DNA of 64,000 nucleotides, from the NCBI GenBank assembly GCA_010015585.1, contig ML975181.1. The stretch is one strand, 5' to 3'. Both the position numbers and the translations under genes were made by a program. Shown in pieces: positions 25,827-36,520 of the stretch. The stretch comes from Eremomyces bilateralis CBS 781.70. Lineage: Eukaryota. The notes beneath the pieces are model-generated. The model saw only the letters and a program-made list of their open reading frames with translations. It was not told where the DNA came from and did no database searches. Each line of letters opens with the position of its first letter. Position 1 is the stretch's first letter.

Positions 25827-27638
25827 TTATGATTTCCCCCCCGCCCCCCTCATCCTAATCCCCACCTCCAGCCCCAGCGGCTTCCTCAGAAACCCCTCCC
25901 GCGTCTCCATCTCGCCCTGCCGTAACTCCCAATCCCAGCTCCGCAACACCGTCGCCACGATGAGCGCGAGCTCCATCTCTGCCACGTTCCGCCCGACGCA
26001 CGACCGCGGGCCGTAGCTGAACGGCACGAAGGCGTTCTTCTGCGCCTCGATCGGTGCGGGGTTGGCGGAGTCGGCGAGCCAGCGCTCCGGGCGGTATTCG
26101 TCAGCGTCGGGGCCCCAGACTTTTTGGGAGTGGTGGATCGTGTAGGAAGGGACGGAGAGGGTGGTGCCGCCGGGGAAGTACACGGAGGTGGGTTGGTTGG
26201 AGGGGTTGGAGGGGTCGGAGGAGGCGCTTGGGGAGAGGGTGACGGTAATGCCTTGTGGCGGGACGTCGCGAGGAAGGCCGAGGGAGGAGGTGCTGTGAAT
26301 GCGGAGGGACTCTTTGATGAGAGCGTCAAGACTGGGGAAGGGTTAGTTGCTGATCATTCAGAGGTGTGGAAAGGATCGAACATACTATGGCAGGTCCTTG
26401 ACCTGTGAGAACGTAGGGACCCGTTGCTCAGCCGGCCAAGCCTTGTCGAGTTCCTCTCGTGCTTTCACGATGACCTCGGGGTGCGTCAGGCAGTGATATA
26501 GGATGGCGCAGCTAGTGTTGCTCGTGGTGTCGCTTCCGGCGATCAACTGCGTCAGTGCCTCCGCAGTAAGCTCTTGCCTGCCTAGCGGTTGCCCCTTTTC
26601 GTCGCGGCCCTCCATCAGTCTTGCCAGCAGGTCAACTCGATCGGTATCGGGACGTTCAAGACGGTCGTTAACGCGAGCAACGGCGATGCCGGCTAAATTC
26701 TCTACGGCTGCGATTCCCTTGGAAAAGAACGCGTCGGGGAGGTACTTCGCATATGGCTTCATTGCCGGAAGGCAGCCGACGGTACTGCTCGGAGTTAGAT
26801 GCTGTGGGTCAGGGGAAGAATATGCACTGCACTTACGCCGACACCTCTCCTCTCCTGTTCAGCACCTCAATAGCAGGCGCAAAGGTTGGCTTCGCGTCCG
26901 GCGTCATCCGCACCTCCGCAATGTCCTTTCCCTTCTCCAGCATCCCAAACGGTGCTCCGAAAGCCAAATCGCCAATGATGTCGAATGCCAGATAGTTGAA
27001 CCAATGCAGGGCATCCAGGTCCGTGTAGCCGCCGATCGGTGCATGATTGGCCATCGTATCCAGTCGTTGGACAAAAAGCTCGAGGTTCTGGTGCATGTAT
27101 TGCTCGAACTGTCCCACAGATCTGCTCAGTCGTCAGCCACGTTCCACTGCAGCTCGTGTGAGGCGTCTCCATTGTCCGTACTTTGCGCTGAAGGTATGCG
27201 ATACCGTCTTCCTCTTCCGCGTGTGTTCTGCCCTGTCCCGGGTATTGAATAGACCTCGCTTTATGGAGACGAAGGCATCATAGAATTCACTGTTTCCATG
27301 TCAGCGCTGCTTGCTAAGAATGACGAGTCGGCCCACCTCTTCAAAAAACCGTTGCCGTGCCCGTACACCGTTTGAATGGCTGCCGGATCCGCAATGCTGA
27401 CATGATTCGGTTGGATCCTAACAAGGGGACCATATTTCTTATGCGCGGCATCCACCTTCATGAATCGCCGTCCCTGTCGGCTCTGGTATAAGAGCCAGAG
27501 GTTGGAAAGGCCTGCGAGAGGTGGACCGGGGATGTTTCGGAGGGGCTTGTTCTGGAGATATGGGAGGGTAAAGTAGACCAGAGCAAGCGGTATGATGAGC
27601 AGAATGCTCCATGGTGAAAGAAGAAAGTTGAATAGCAT
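25827..27638 (-). CDS. Cytochrome P450, CYP53-like benzoate 4-monooxygenase (multi-exon)
   Basis: N-terminal anchor + [51 protein letters not shown] (I-helix); ESLR (ExxR); RPERW; haem motif [10 protein letters not shown]. Confidence 0.9.
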
Positions 27639-28933
27639 ATTGAGTCCTGTCTCTGTCCTGTGTATCTCGCAGCTGATGATGAAGTCCTAGAGAAAGACAA
27701 GATGCCAGTAAACTGGAATAAGAATCCACAGAAAGTATGGACAACGATATAATTATGTTGTAATGGAAGATAAAGCCAAATCAAGCAGGTAGTGAGTTCC
27801 AATCACCGGTATGCTTGGTGACCTGTAACTATTGGGAAAGAATTTCAATTCCAAATCGTTCCATGCGAGTGGAACGTAAATTGAATGGAATCCGAGTCAC
27901 CAAGCTGAGCTACAGGAAGTGATTGACAGCAAAGGAAGCTCCAGCGGATTGAAAAGAAATGACAGGCCTGGTTCTATTCCCTCCGGCGGTTCTTATAGTC
28001 CTCGACTTGGCAACATCGAAACAGGTTAGGAAAGATGGGATACGACGACAGATGATAAATTCGGTCGTTAAGGCGGGCAGTATCAGTGTATCGCCAATCC
28101 CATGCGACGTCAATGTCGAAATTCGCGTGAAGAGGGGCTCCAGATGCGGGGCCCCGGTTTTGCTGGACTTACTTGTCATCTCCGATCACTGATCAGCCAT
28201 TCAGCCCAGATTGACCCTTACACAGTTTCGCCCATCAGCACCGGGGCAAAAGCGACGCCTCGACCATTGAAGTTAGCCATCAGACCTAGAGCGAACGGGA
28301 GTTACACCGGTAGAGACTGCAAAGCCATGGATGGGTGAACGCCTGAGATTCCGAGACATGTCCGACGCCATCGATAGCTCTAGCTGCAACGTGGGGAGGC
28401 ATTCGGCCGGAGATGATTCGCATCATCACAAGAAGCGCGTAAATCTGGGGAAGCTCCGCTCGGCTTCGAGATCGGGATGTCGAACCGGCAGTAGAACAGG
28501 TCGGATCGGTCCCGGCACTAGCCGGGTTGGGCTTGAGGTTGATCATCATAGTTCGCCCGAGGCTGATTGGTTAAACGTTTAATAATCCGAGCCGGAACAG
28601 GATAGGTCGATCATAGGATAGATACGGTGGACATGGACGTTGAATATGTCGGTTGTGTCCGGAGAGCGAGGTTACATTAGCCGGTCCAACATGAAGGCAT
28701 CTTGACAAGATGAATTGTATTCGAGCTAGAGCGTCATTATCAAGACCTTTCTGTTGTTTAACAAAACGCTCCTGGCCAAGAGCTGTCAATCCCATGTATA
28801 CGCCGCATTGAAACAGAAGTACATGGCTGGATGCCGCCAAAGTAAGCTAATCATGCACTGCACTCGTGCTTCTACCGAGTCATAAGTCGATGCGGATATC
28901 ATTCCCTCATCCTGGTCATTCGCCCATCTCCGC

Positions 28934-29943
28934 TCAATCTTCGTCTCCAATCTATGAATAGCGTTAGTATGCTGCGTCGAAATTCAAGCATAACCAAACA
29001 CTCACCTTCGGCGCGAGGTAGAATCGAATGTAGCTGTTGTTTGCCAAAGCATATTCCACCATGAGCGGAACCTCGTTGCTCAAACACAACCTCACCTGCT
29101 CGCTGAGACCGCTGGCTTTGCAGAAGTTTCCGAGATACTTCAGAGCGAAGGTAAGCGCGACAGGCTCGGTCATGTTGACCTCGACGTTCTCGGCCGGCTT
29201 GTCGACATTGGTGTACTGGCGCAGCTTGATGTTCCCTTTGCCAATGTCGCCCTCACATGCGAACGAGACACCTTCCTTGTTACACTCAATGGTAACTAGA
29301 GCACGCCTGTTAATGATTTCCATACCACGGGTAAGAAATATGATGGAGCATCACCCACCAGATTCAGATATGGCACTCAAGTCACGCGTGATTCGTTGGA
29401 ACTCCGAGCTCGGCATCGAGATCTGCGCCGCGTAATCTGTGTCAGGAATCCCCAAATGCTCCTGATCGATATCCATAAGCTTCAAGTCGTACTCCGAGAT
29501 CCGATCGGCCGTCGCATTCTCGAACACGAGGTTCACGACATCCGGAGCATCTTCCGCCTTGAGAGTGAGGATATCTTCGTTCTGGGCCGCGCGGAGGACT
29601 TTTTGGAGGGCATTTAGGTTGATGCCAAGGGCGATGTTGCGGTCGCAGCGGAAGGGGGAGAAGGATTCCGATTTCAGGAACATGGAGACGAGGGCGACGT
29701 GGGAGTTGTCCATGGCCTGGAGACCGATGCCGGAGTCATTGCAGTCGAAGTTGCATTCTTGGACCAGCTCCTTGATGGCATCGACAACCTGCAGAGTATC
29801 ATCAGCTCCAGCTCAACTGGATGAAGCCATTCCAAAGGTGACGGACCTTCTTGAGAAGGGCTGCCTGTTCCAACCGTGCTTCAAGCACTGCAGCATTGGT
29901 TAGCGTGGTCTTCGAAAGATTTGGCGCGGGGATAATCCATACT
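28934..29943 (-). CDS. POL30: Proliferating cell nuclear antigen; start codon split by the first intron
   Basis: A(29943)|GTATGG..CTGCAG|TG CTT GAA gives [14 protein letters not shown]. Also [25 protein letters not shown] and [14 protein letters not shown]. Confidence 0.96.
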
Positions 29944-30090
29944 TATGATAGAGTGTGGCCTTGAAAGGGATTTCGGATATTATTGGATTGTAATGGTCGT
30001 GAAAGGGATCTTGTGCGTGGTGATGACCGATGAGAGCAGTGTAACGGAGATTCCGGTTGTTTGTAAATTGAGATATTGAATTTTGGGTGG

Positions 30091-30122
30091 CGCGACCACA
30101 AAACGCGAAAACGCGTCGCGTC
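30091..30122. promoter_or_regulatory. MCB/SCB-like (MBF) G1/S elements upstream of PCNA
   Basis: CGCG at 30091, ACGCGAAA at 30103, ACGCGT at 30111 and CGCGTC at 30117, ~150-180 nt upstream of the PCNA start. Confidence 0.65.
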
Positions 30123-30363
30123 GTCCAACTTGCACGTGTGCCAGCCCCCACCTCAGCTCTCAATATCAGATTCGATATCTCATCCCAATTCCCATATCTG
30201 CGAACCACGTTTCATCACATTGCTAGTATTTCTTAAGGTCATCTGGTAAAGGTCAATTTATATGTATTGTCTGAGTCTCATTCTCCTAATAGGGTCGCTG
30301 CGATGCTTGTATGGTCCGCGAAGTGCTTGGCGTGTACAACCTTCTCACAGCATATGTACCCCC

Positions 30364-32190
30364 TCAAGCCTCAGCATCTGTCTCCGTGTCTGTCTTCTTA
30401 ATAATCTTCAACCCTTCCAAATCATCCTTCGCTCGCCAGTCCTCCAGGAGTTGACCCCACGCATTCGCCCCCGCCCCATATGTCCCCAACTTCTCCATAT
30501 GCTTCGTCATCTTCTGCTCCCCGTTGTAGTAACTCGGCGTGCAAGTCGTGAAGAACTGAAACATCGGCTTACTGGACGCCACGATCGCCTCTGTCCACCG
30601 CGCCGCCGCCGCTTCGTCCGCCTCGGCCACGCGGATGCCGCGCTTCTCGCACTCGGACACCACGTAGCCGATCTGCCGCCCGGCCGTGGCGAGCGTCCAC
30701 ATGAAGTTCGCCGCCACGCCGGCCTGGGTGGTGTTGACCGTGAAGAAGTTGGGGAAATCGGGGATGTGGACCCCGAAGAGGGTCTTCGCGCCGACTTCGT
30801 CCCATTGTTGGGCGAGAGGGACCCCGCTGCGACCGACGATTTCGACCCCGCTCGTCTGGCTGATTTGGCCGCCGCTGATGTAAAATCCCGAGGCATAAAC
30901 GATGAGGTCGACGGGATATTCGACACCGTTGGCGATGATGCCGTTTTCAGTGATGCGCTCCACGCCTTTCCCGTCCGTGTCCACTAACGTTACGTTCGGA
31001 CGATTGAACATCTGCAAGTACTCATCGTGGAAGCATGGTCGTTTGCACATGGAACTGTACCATGGCTTCAGCTTCTCGGCCGTTTCTTTGTCCTCGACGA
31101 GTTCATCCACGCGAGCGCGGATCCGTTCCATTTTGGCCATGTCCGAGACCATCATGACTTGGCCAACCGTGGCCGGATCTCTCTTTTCTTCGGCGCTGAG
31201 GAATGACATCGCCTTGTTGTCGGTCCAGCCATCATCCACGAGATCTTTCTCGAAGGGGAGTCCGGTAATGATGGCGTTGAAGTTCTTCATCCTGTCCTGC
31301 TGCCATCCAGGCGTGCATGAAGATTCAAAGTCAGGTGGAGTCGGTCGGTTGTTGCGGACATTGACTGAGGCAGGTGTCCGCTGGAACACGTACAACTGCT
31401 TGGCTTTCTCTCCCAGTATCGGGATGGTCTGAATTGACGTCGCTCCCGTGCCGATATTTGCAACTCTCATGTTTGCAAGCTTCTCGAGAGAACGGCCGGT
31501 AACGTCATAGTTCCAATGCGTCGTGTGGAACGATTCGCCCTTGAACGTTTCGATTCCCGGCACTCCAGGTAACTTAGGCTTATGCAAGATCCCAGTCGCC
31601 GCGACGACATATCTGGCCCTCAAGTCATCGCCATGATCGGTCTTTATATTCCAGTGGTTCTCTGCATCATTCCAAGTCGTGCTGCGGACTATGGTCTGGA
31701 ACAACGCCTTTCCCTTGAGCTGATACTTCTTCGCGATCAGCTCCACATGCTGGAGAATATCCGGGCCCGCCACATACTTCTCCTTCGGCGTGTATCCGAG
31801 CTCTTCCAGCAGCGGCAAGTAGACGTACGACTCCACGTCGCATCGGGCACCGGGATATTGGTTCCAGTACCACGTCCCCCCGAATCCCGCGCCCTTTTCC
31901 ACGATCATGACATCGCTGATGCCCTTCTTCGCAAGGTTTGCCGCAGCCAACAGTCCCCCATAACCTCCGCCGATGATCAGCACTGTGACATCTTTGTTGA
32001 GCGGCTCGCGCCTGCTAGAGGTCGAAGCGAAAGTGTCTTGGTCCAGCCGATTGAATGCGCCTTTGAGCTCCTGATACTGGTCCATGCCATCCTGTCGTAG
32101 TCGCTTCGCTCGTTCCTGCGTGTACTTCACCATCAACTCCTGGGGGTCAAACCCCAGCGGTGCGGGCTGTGCGGTAAGCGTCTCTGCCAT
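30364..32190 (-). CDS. Type I Baeyer-Villiger monooxygenase (FAD/NADPH), intronless
   Basis: GGGYGG FAD motif, GGTWYWNQYPGARCD, BVMO fingerprint FKGESFHTTHW, GTGATS, VFQRTP, CKRPCFHDEY and CTPSYYN. ATG at 32190. Confidence 0.93.
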   Translation of the reverse strand: MAETLTAQPAPLGFDPQELMVKYTQERAKRLRQDGMDQYQELKGAFNRLDQDTFASTSSRREPLNKDVTVLIIGGGYGGLLAAANLAKKGISDVMIVEKGAGFGGTWYWNQYPGARCDVESYVYLPLLEELGYTPKEKYVAGPDILQHVELIAKKYQLKGKALFQTIVRSTTWNDAENHWNIKTDHGDDLRARYVVAATGILHKPKLPGVPGIETFKGESFHTTHWNYDVTGRSLEKLANMRVANIGTGATSIQTIPILGEKAKQLYVFQRTPASVNVRNNRPTPPDFESSCTPGWQQDRMKNFNAIITGLPFEKDLVDDGWTDNKAMSFLSAEEKRDPATVGQVMMVSDMAKMERIRARVDELVEDKETAEKLKPWYSSMCKRPCFHDEYLQMFNRPNVTLVDTDGKGVERITENGIIANGVEYPVDLIVYASGFYISGGQISQTSGVEIVGRSGVPLAQQWDEVGAKTLFGVHIPDFPNFFTVNTTQAGVAANFMWTLATAGRQIGYVVSECEKRGIRVAEADEAAAARWTEAIVASSKPMFQFFTTCTPSYYNGEQKMTKHMEKLGTYGAGANAWGQLLEDWRAKDDLEGLKIIKKTDTETDAEA

Positions 32191-33213
32191 CTTCACGGAT
32201 TATTCAACGATCAATAGGACGATACAGGGTGTTCGGACGTTGGTACGAAAACCGACACACCTGGGGACATTTCCCCTTTTTAAGTACCGTACCCATCGAA
32301 ATATCCATGCTACCTATGCATTAATACGACGGTTGTGATCCTCACTGTCTTCACGTTCATCCAGTCAAATCGCATACTGTACTGTCCGCACTTTCTCCCG
32401 GGGACAAGGACGCGAAACATACCGGTATTCTCAAACCCGAATGCACAATGTTTGCTGCGTCGCGTTTCACGGCCACCGAAATGGTCAATTAACACGCAGC
32501 ATAAGGAAGGTAGTAAAGGGCCCGTCGATGTTGGGGTCGAAATGCCAGGGAATAGCACTAATTTGAAAATATTGATCAGGCTAATAACCGCCCAATATAT
32601 GAAGGTGCAGCTGACCCCGAAAGGGATGCGGAGTTCGAGATCATCGCTCTTGAACCTTGTTTGACGTGGAGATAGTGAAACGAACGGGTATGGGTGCTCC
32701 GTAATTACTCCGTAACACCAATGCAAACGTCGTGAGTACGTCGAAAGCACCTAGTAAAATCGCGTGCATACCTCAACCATGTGCTTGTTGATGTTGATCC
32801 CCTAGTATCTCGCATCAAGAAATCCAAAAGATTTGAAGGGGATTGAGTCGTATGCAATCTTCGCATTGATAGTGAAAGGAGTCGCTTATTCGAACTGCAC
32901 TTGGATAATAATGAGCAGCCTGCAAAGTAAGAACATCAACTCTCCTCCAACCGGAATGCGCGAATGGTGGTAGAAATCCCTCCCGCGGGAGGCGAGTGTA
33001 GAATAAACGCTCTTTCATTCACCCGATTCCGTTTCATTATCGTAGGACCCTGGATATGATACGCCAGACCATCATGAAGGCATCGGGACGAACGCCGTAC
33101 GTGACAGCAATCGAACGCCCGTCTCATCTCGAGAGCCAGCCATCTCTTAGACGTGATATCATGTCGGTCCCAATATTCCGCCTCGAAGCGCCACGTCCGC
33201 TTCAGGCAATTCC

Positions 33214-34622
33214 TTACGCCGCCGCCGCCCCCTCCCCACCCCTCTCCCCATCTCCCTCCATATCCATAACGAACTGCTCCCACATCCCAATCGTCCCCTT
33301 GAAGAAATCAATATGCGCATCCGCCAACCCGCTCAGCGTCTCTTTAAACTCCGCCGTTTTGATCGCCTCGAAGTCCGCCACCTCCTTCACCACCCGCTCG
33401 TCGAACATCTCGCTGGTCAGCTTCGCGCTCTCCACTTCCCGCGTCAGCCGCTCGATCTGCAGCTCCAGCTTGCGCACCCGGTCGCGCCGACTCTGCTCGT
33501 GGTCCACGCCGCGGACATCCTCAATCTTGCTGCGGAGGAACCCGCTGGCCCCGAGCCCCGCGTGCCCGTGCTGGCTGGCCAGCGTGTCGCGGTCCTGGGC
33601 GGCTTTGGTCAGGTAGTCCGTGAGGCCCTCGAAGTCCAGCTGTTTTTGCTCGCGCGTCTTCAGCAGGGCGCGCACGCTGCTAACGTACGCCTCCATGTCC
33701 TTCAGGCTCCCCAGGTAATCGCGTTCGGTGTGCTCTTTTAGTTTGCGGACCTCGCCGCTCATCTGCTCCGCGCCGGCCGCGAAGTTGGTCAGCTCGCCTC
33801 CCACGCCCGGCTCCAAGGTCACCAGTCGTTGGAATTGCCCGGCCAGCTCCGCGTAGTCGGTCTCCAGATCCGATTCCCGTCGCCCCACCCGCGCCACGAT
33901 TTTCCCCACGTGGTTCAGGTCGTCATCGAACTTGTCCGATCGCTCCTTGACTTTGACGAACCGCGGATCCGTCTTATGGACTTTGGTGAACGCGTTCAAG
34001 AAGGAGTCGGTGAAGGTGTCGAGGACCCCGGTGACGCCTGTCGTCGACTCCCCCGCCGCGACCACGCCAGGGCTGCTCATCGAGGTTCTCCCCTGCTGCC
34101 TCCCGTTCATCACCACATTCCAGTCATGGCTCTCGAGGAACAGCAACAGTAATGCGGCTCTTCGTAGTTCTGGGTGCCGCGTCAGCCGCCGGATGTAGCG
34201 ATGTAGAGAGTGACATCGGCGCATGGTGAAGTCCGGCCCAAACCGGTCCCCTCGGACATATTCCATTCGTTGTTTGTCGGGCAATGGGGGCACGGCAGAG
34301 GCGGGGTATTCGCGGCATAGTGACTTGTAGAGGAAAAGGAAGTCGGTGAAGCGACGACGGACGGTGCAGTGAGGTTTCTGGAAGGTCTTGAAGTCGGTCT
34401 AGGAGGTTTGGTTAGTTTCAGGGTCTGAGGTGAACGGGTTGTCGCAGTCGACATGCAAGCCGGAGGATGGGTTCGGAGCAAATCGAGCTTCATAGAATTT
34501 CTTAAACCTACATCTGTGGTTACGAGATATGAGATGTACGCATCCTTTGTCCCATCATTCTCCTTCTGCGGCTTGGTGACGGTGCACTCCAGGTGACCTT
34601 CGGAGAAGTCGGCTTGGTCCAT
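33214..34622 (-). CDS. SNX4: Sorting nexin-4 (PX-BAR)
   Basis: KPQKENDGTKDAYISYLVTT, intron ~34511-34399, VRRRFTDF, PPLPDKQRMEYVRGDRFGPDF and LKTREQKQLDFEGLTDYL. N-terminus is short; an upstream exon cannot be excluded. Confidence 0.92.
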
Positions 34623-35625
34623 GGCAGAGTTGGGTTCCGGTATGTAAGGGGTTCCTTCTTGGGCTCAGCTTGTAATCTTTCGGTATTATGACATGGTTTT
34701 CAGCACGAGAGTGATATGGTTCAACTGTCCAACAGAAGCTGTGCAGTGGTGATGACGGATAGACCTTGATCTGAAGCTGGGTCGGACCAACAGTAGGTGC
34801 ACCGCCACATCATGACGACCGAAGTCGAGTCTGGTGGACGGCAGGGACTCTCACGTAAGGCTGCTGCTTATATTTGGATTCATGACTAGGAATGCTGTAG
34901 CCTGTAGGAGTGCCTGGAGAATTAACTAGAAATGCATATTGATGTTAAGAAATCAGCTGGTTCCCTTGAGAAACCTTGCCTGTCAAGTTTCTTTATTATC
35001 AATTCTAACAAGATCAACAGGTGTTGATGTTGTTCTTCTATCCCACTTTACCCTCATTGTCATTCTCTTATTTACCATCTTTATAGCCCTGGGCCATTGC
35101 ATGTCCCGTCTTATCCATCATCACTTTGGTACCCGGACTTGGATGGTGTAGTCACCCACACAGGGCAAGATGGAGGAGACCGTTCACCCGCTTGCACCAC
35201 CGAGTTTACATTCGCCCCCAGACGGCAACCATAAACAGGTAAGTGGGCCACTTCCATTCAAATATATCGACCAAAACGTAGTGGCAGTGGCGCCGAGCTT
35301 TGAAGGGGTATTTTACATATGAGGAAGGCGACCTACGATGGGGGTTTTCTTCGTGGTATATGAGAGGTGATGTGTTCCGTATATCAGGATCGGACAGATT
35401 CAAGGGTGGTTGGTTATATACAATAGGATACATACGAAGGCACACGGCCAGGAATCTTCCTGTGTCGATCCACCTACACAATGTACATTTTGATTTCGTA
35501 CAACAAAACGATGGCGGTTCCCCTCACCACCCCAGATCCTCAGGAGCACTCCCAAACGCCCGTAACATGCACGCTGTGAAGCAAGTGGCGCACTCGGTTC
35601 CTCCTGTGCGCAAAGGTTTTACATA

Positions 35626-35966
35626 TTATGATGCCTTCGTCGTGCTTTGCGCTCCTTTCGTCGGTGGAGTAGGAACGACGTCCTCGAACTCGTCTTGTGA
35701 GATGGAGCTAATGGTGAAGGCATCTAGTGTCGATGGGTTAGCCTCGCTGCGGTGATGATGGATTGGCATCGACTTACAAACGCCTATGCAGAAACCAAAG
35801 ATCCCGAGACCCGCGAGGGTATTCTTGACAAGGTACGGTCTTCGCGCTCGAAGGAGAGCGGGACCTTGCCGGTATTGGCGGTCGTAATATGATGATCGTG
35901 GTATGCTGAGGTGGAAGGATCAGCACATTGGATGAGCCGTCATTCTGGCATTACTTACACAGGCAT
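35626..35966 (-). CDS. COA3: Cytochrome c oxidase assembly factor 3 (3 exons, 77 aa)
   Basis: Exons 35966-35959, 35905-35778 and 35723-35626 with GTAAGT donors. Protein MPVIPRSSYYDRQYRQGPALLRARRPYLVKNTLAGLGIFGFCIGVYAFTISSISQDEFEDVVPTPPTKGAQSTTKAS, with the Coa3 ARRPY..N..G / QD.F.DV pattern. Not in the ORF track. Confidence 0.9.
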
Positions 35967-36520
35967 TTTGGTGGTGGTATCGGCCGATGTCCAGAAAACG
36001 GATTCCAATTGCGGAGATTGACAACTCCCTAACGATCGAGGTGAGTTCTTCTCAAACCTTGAGGACCGAAGTAGTTCGAGTGTTCGACAGGCGATCTGAT
36101 CTGATGCGGCTCAACTCCCAGTGGGCCGATGCTGCAAGGCAATCAGGCAATCAGGCACCCTACGCCTGCTTGATCTTTCAACCTCAACTTTCATTTGCTC
36201 TGCACCTTTCGGTCACCTTTCACCTCCAGCGTTCTTTGTTGACTTCATCACCCTCCATCACCGCCCCTGACCCCTTCCCTTTCCATCCCAATCAACGATG
36301 AACGGAGATACAAATAGAACTTGCAGAACTTAGTTGTCGTCAAATTCTTGAGAGTGGATGGTGGGCAGGAATCGTTTAGCATTCAACTCCACGCGTCCAA
36401 CCTCCAAGAAATAGGACGCCGTGGGATTCCCGCCTTGACATCGCGTGCTCGGACTCTTTTTCCCGCTGAAGAACCCCCGCCATATCTATCACCAAGTGCC
36501 TCCTTGCATAATCCGCCATC

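Noticed and set aside
34623..34700. Possible disrupted SNX4 N-terminus
   Set aside because: An in-frame TGA lies 15 codons upstream, but the PX and BAR domains are complete from ATG 34622; no evidence of pseudogenisation.
35300..35755. 151-aa + strand ORF
   Set aside because: Starts at TTG, has no motif, and overlaps the real minus-strand COA3 gene.
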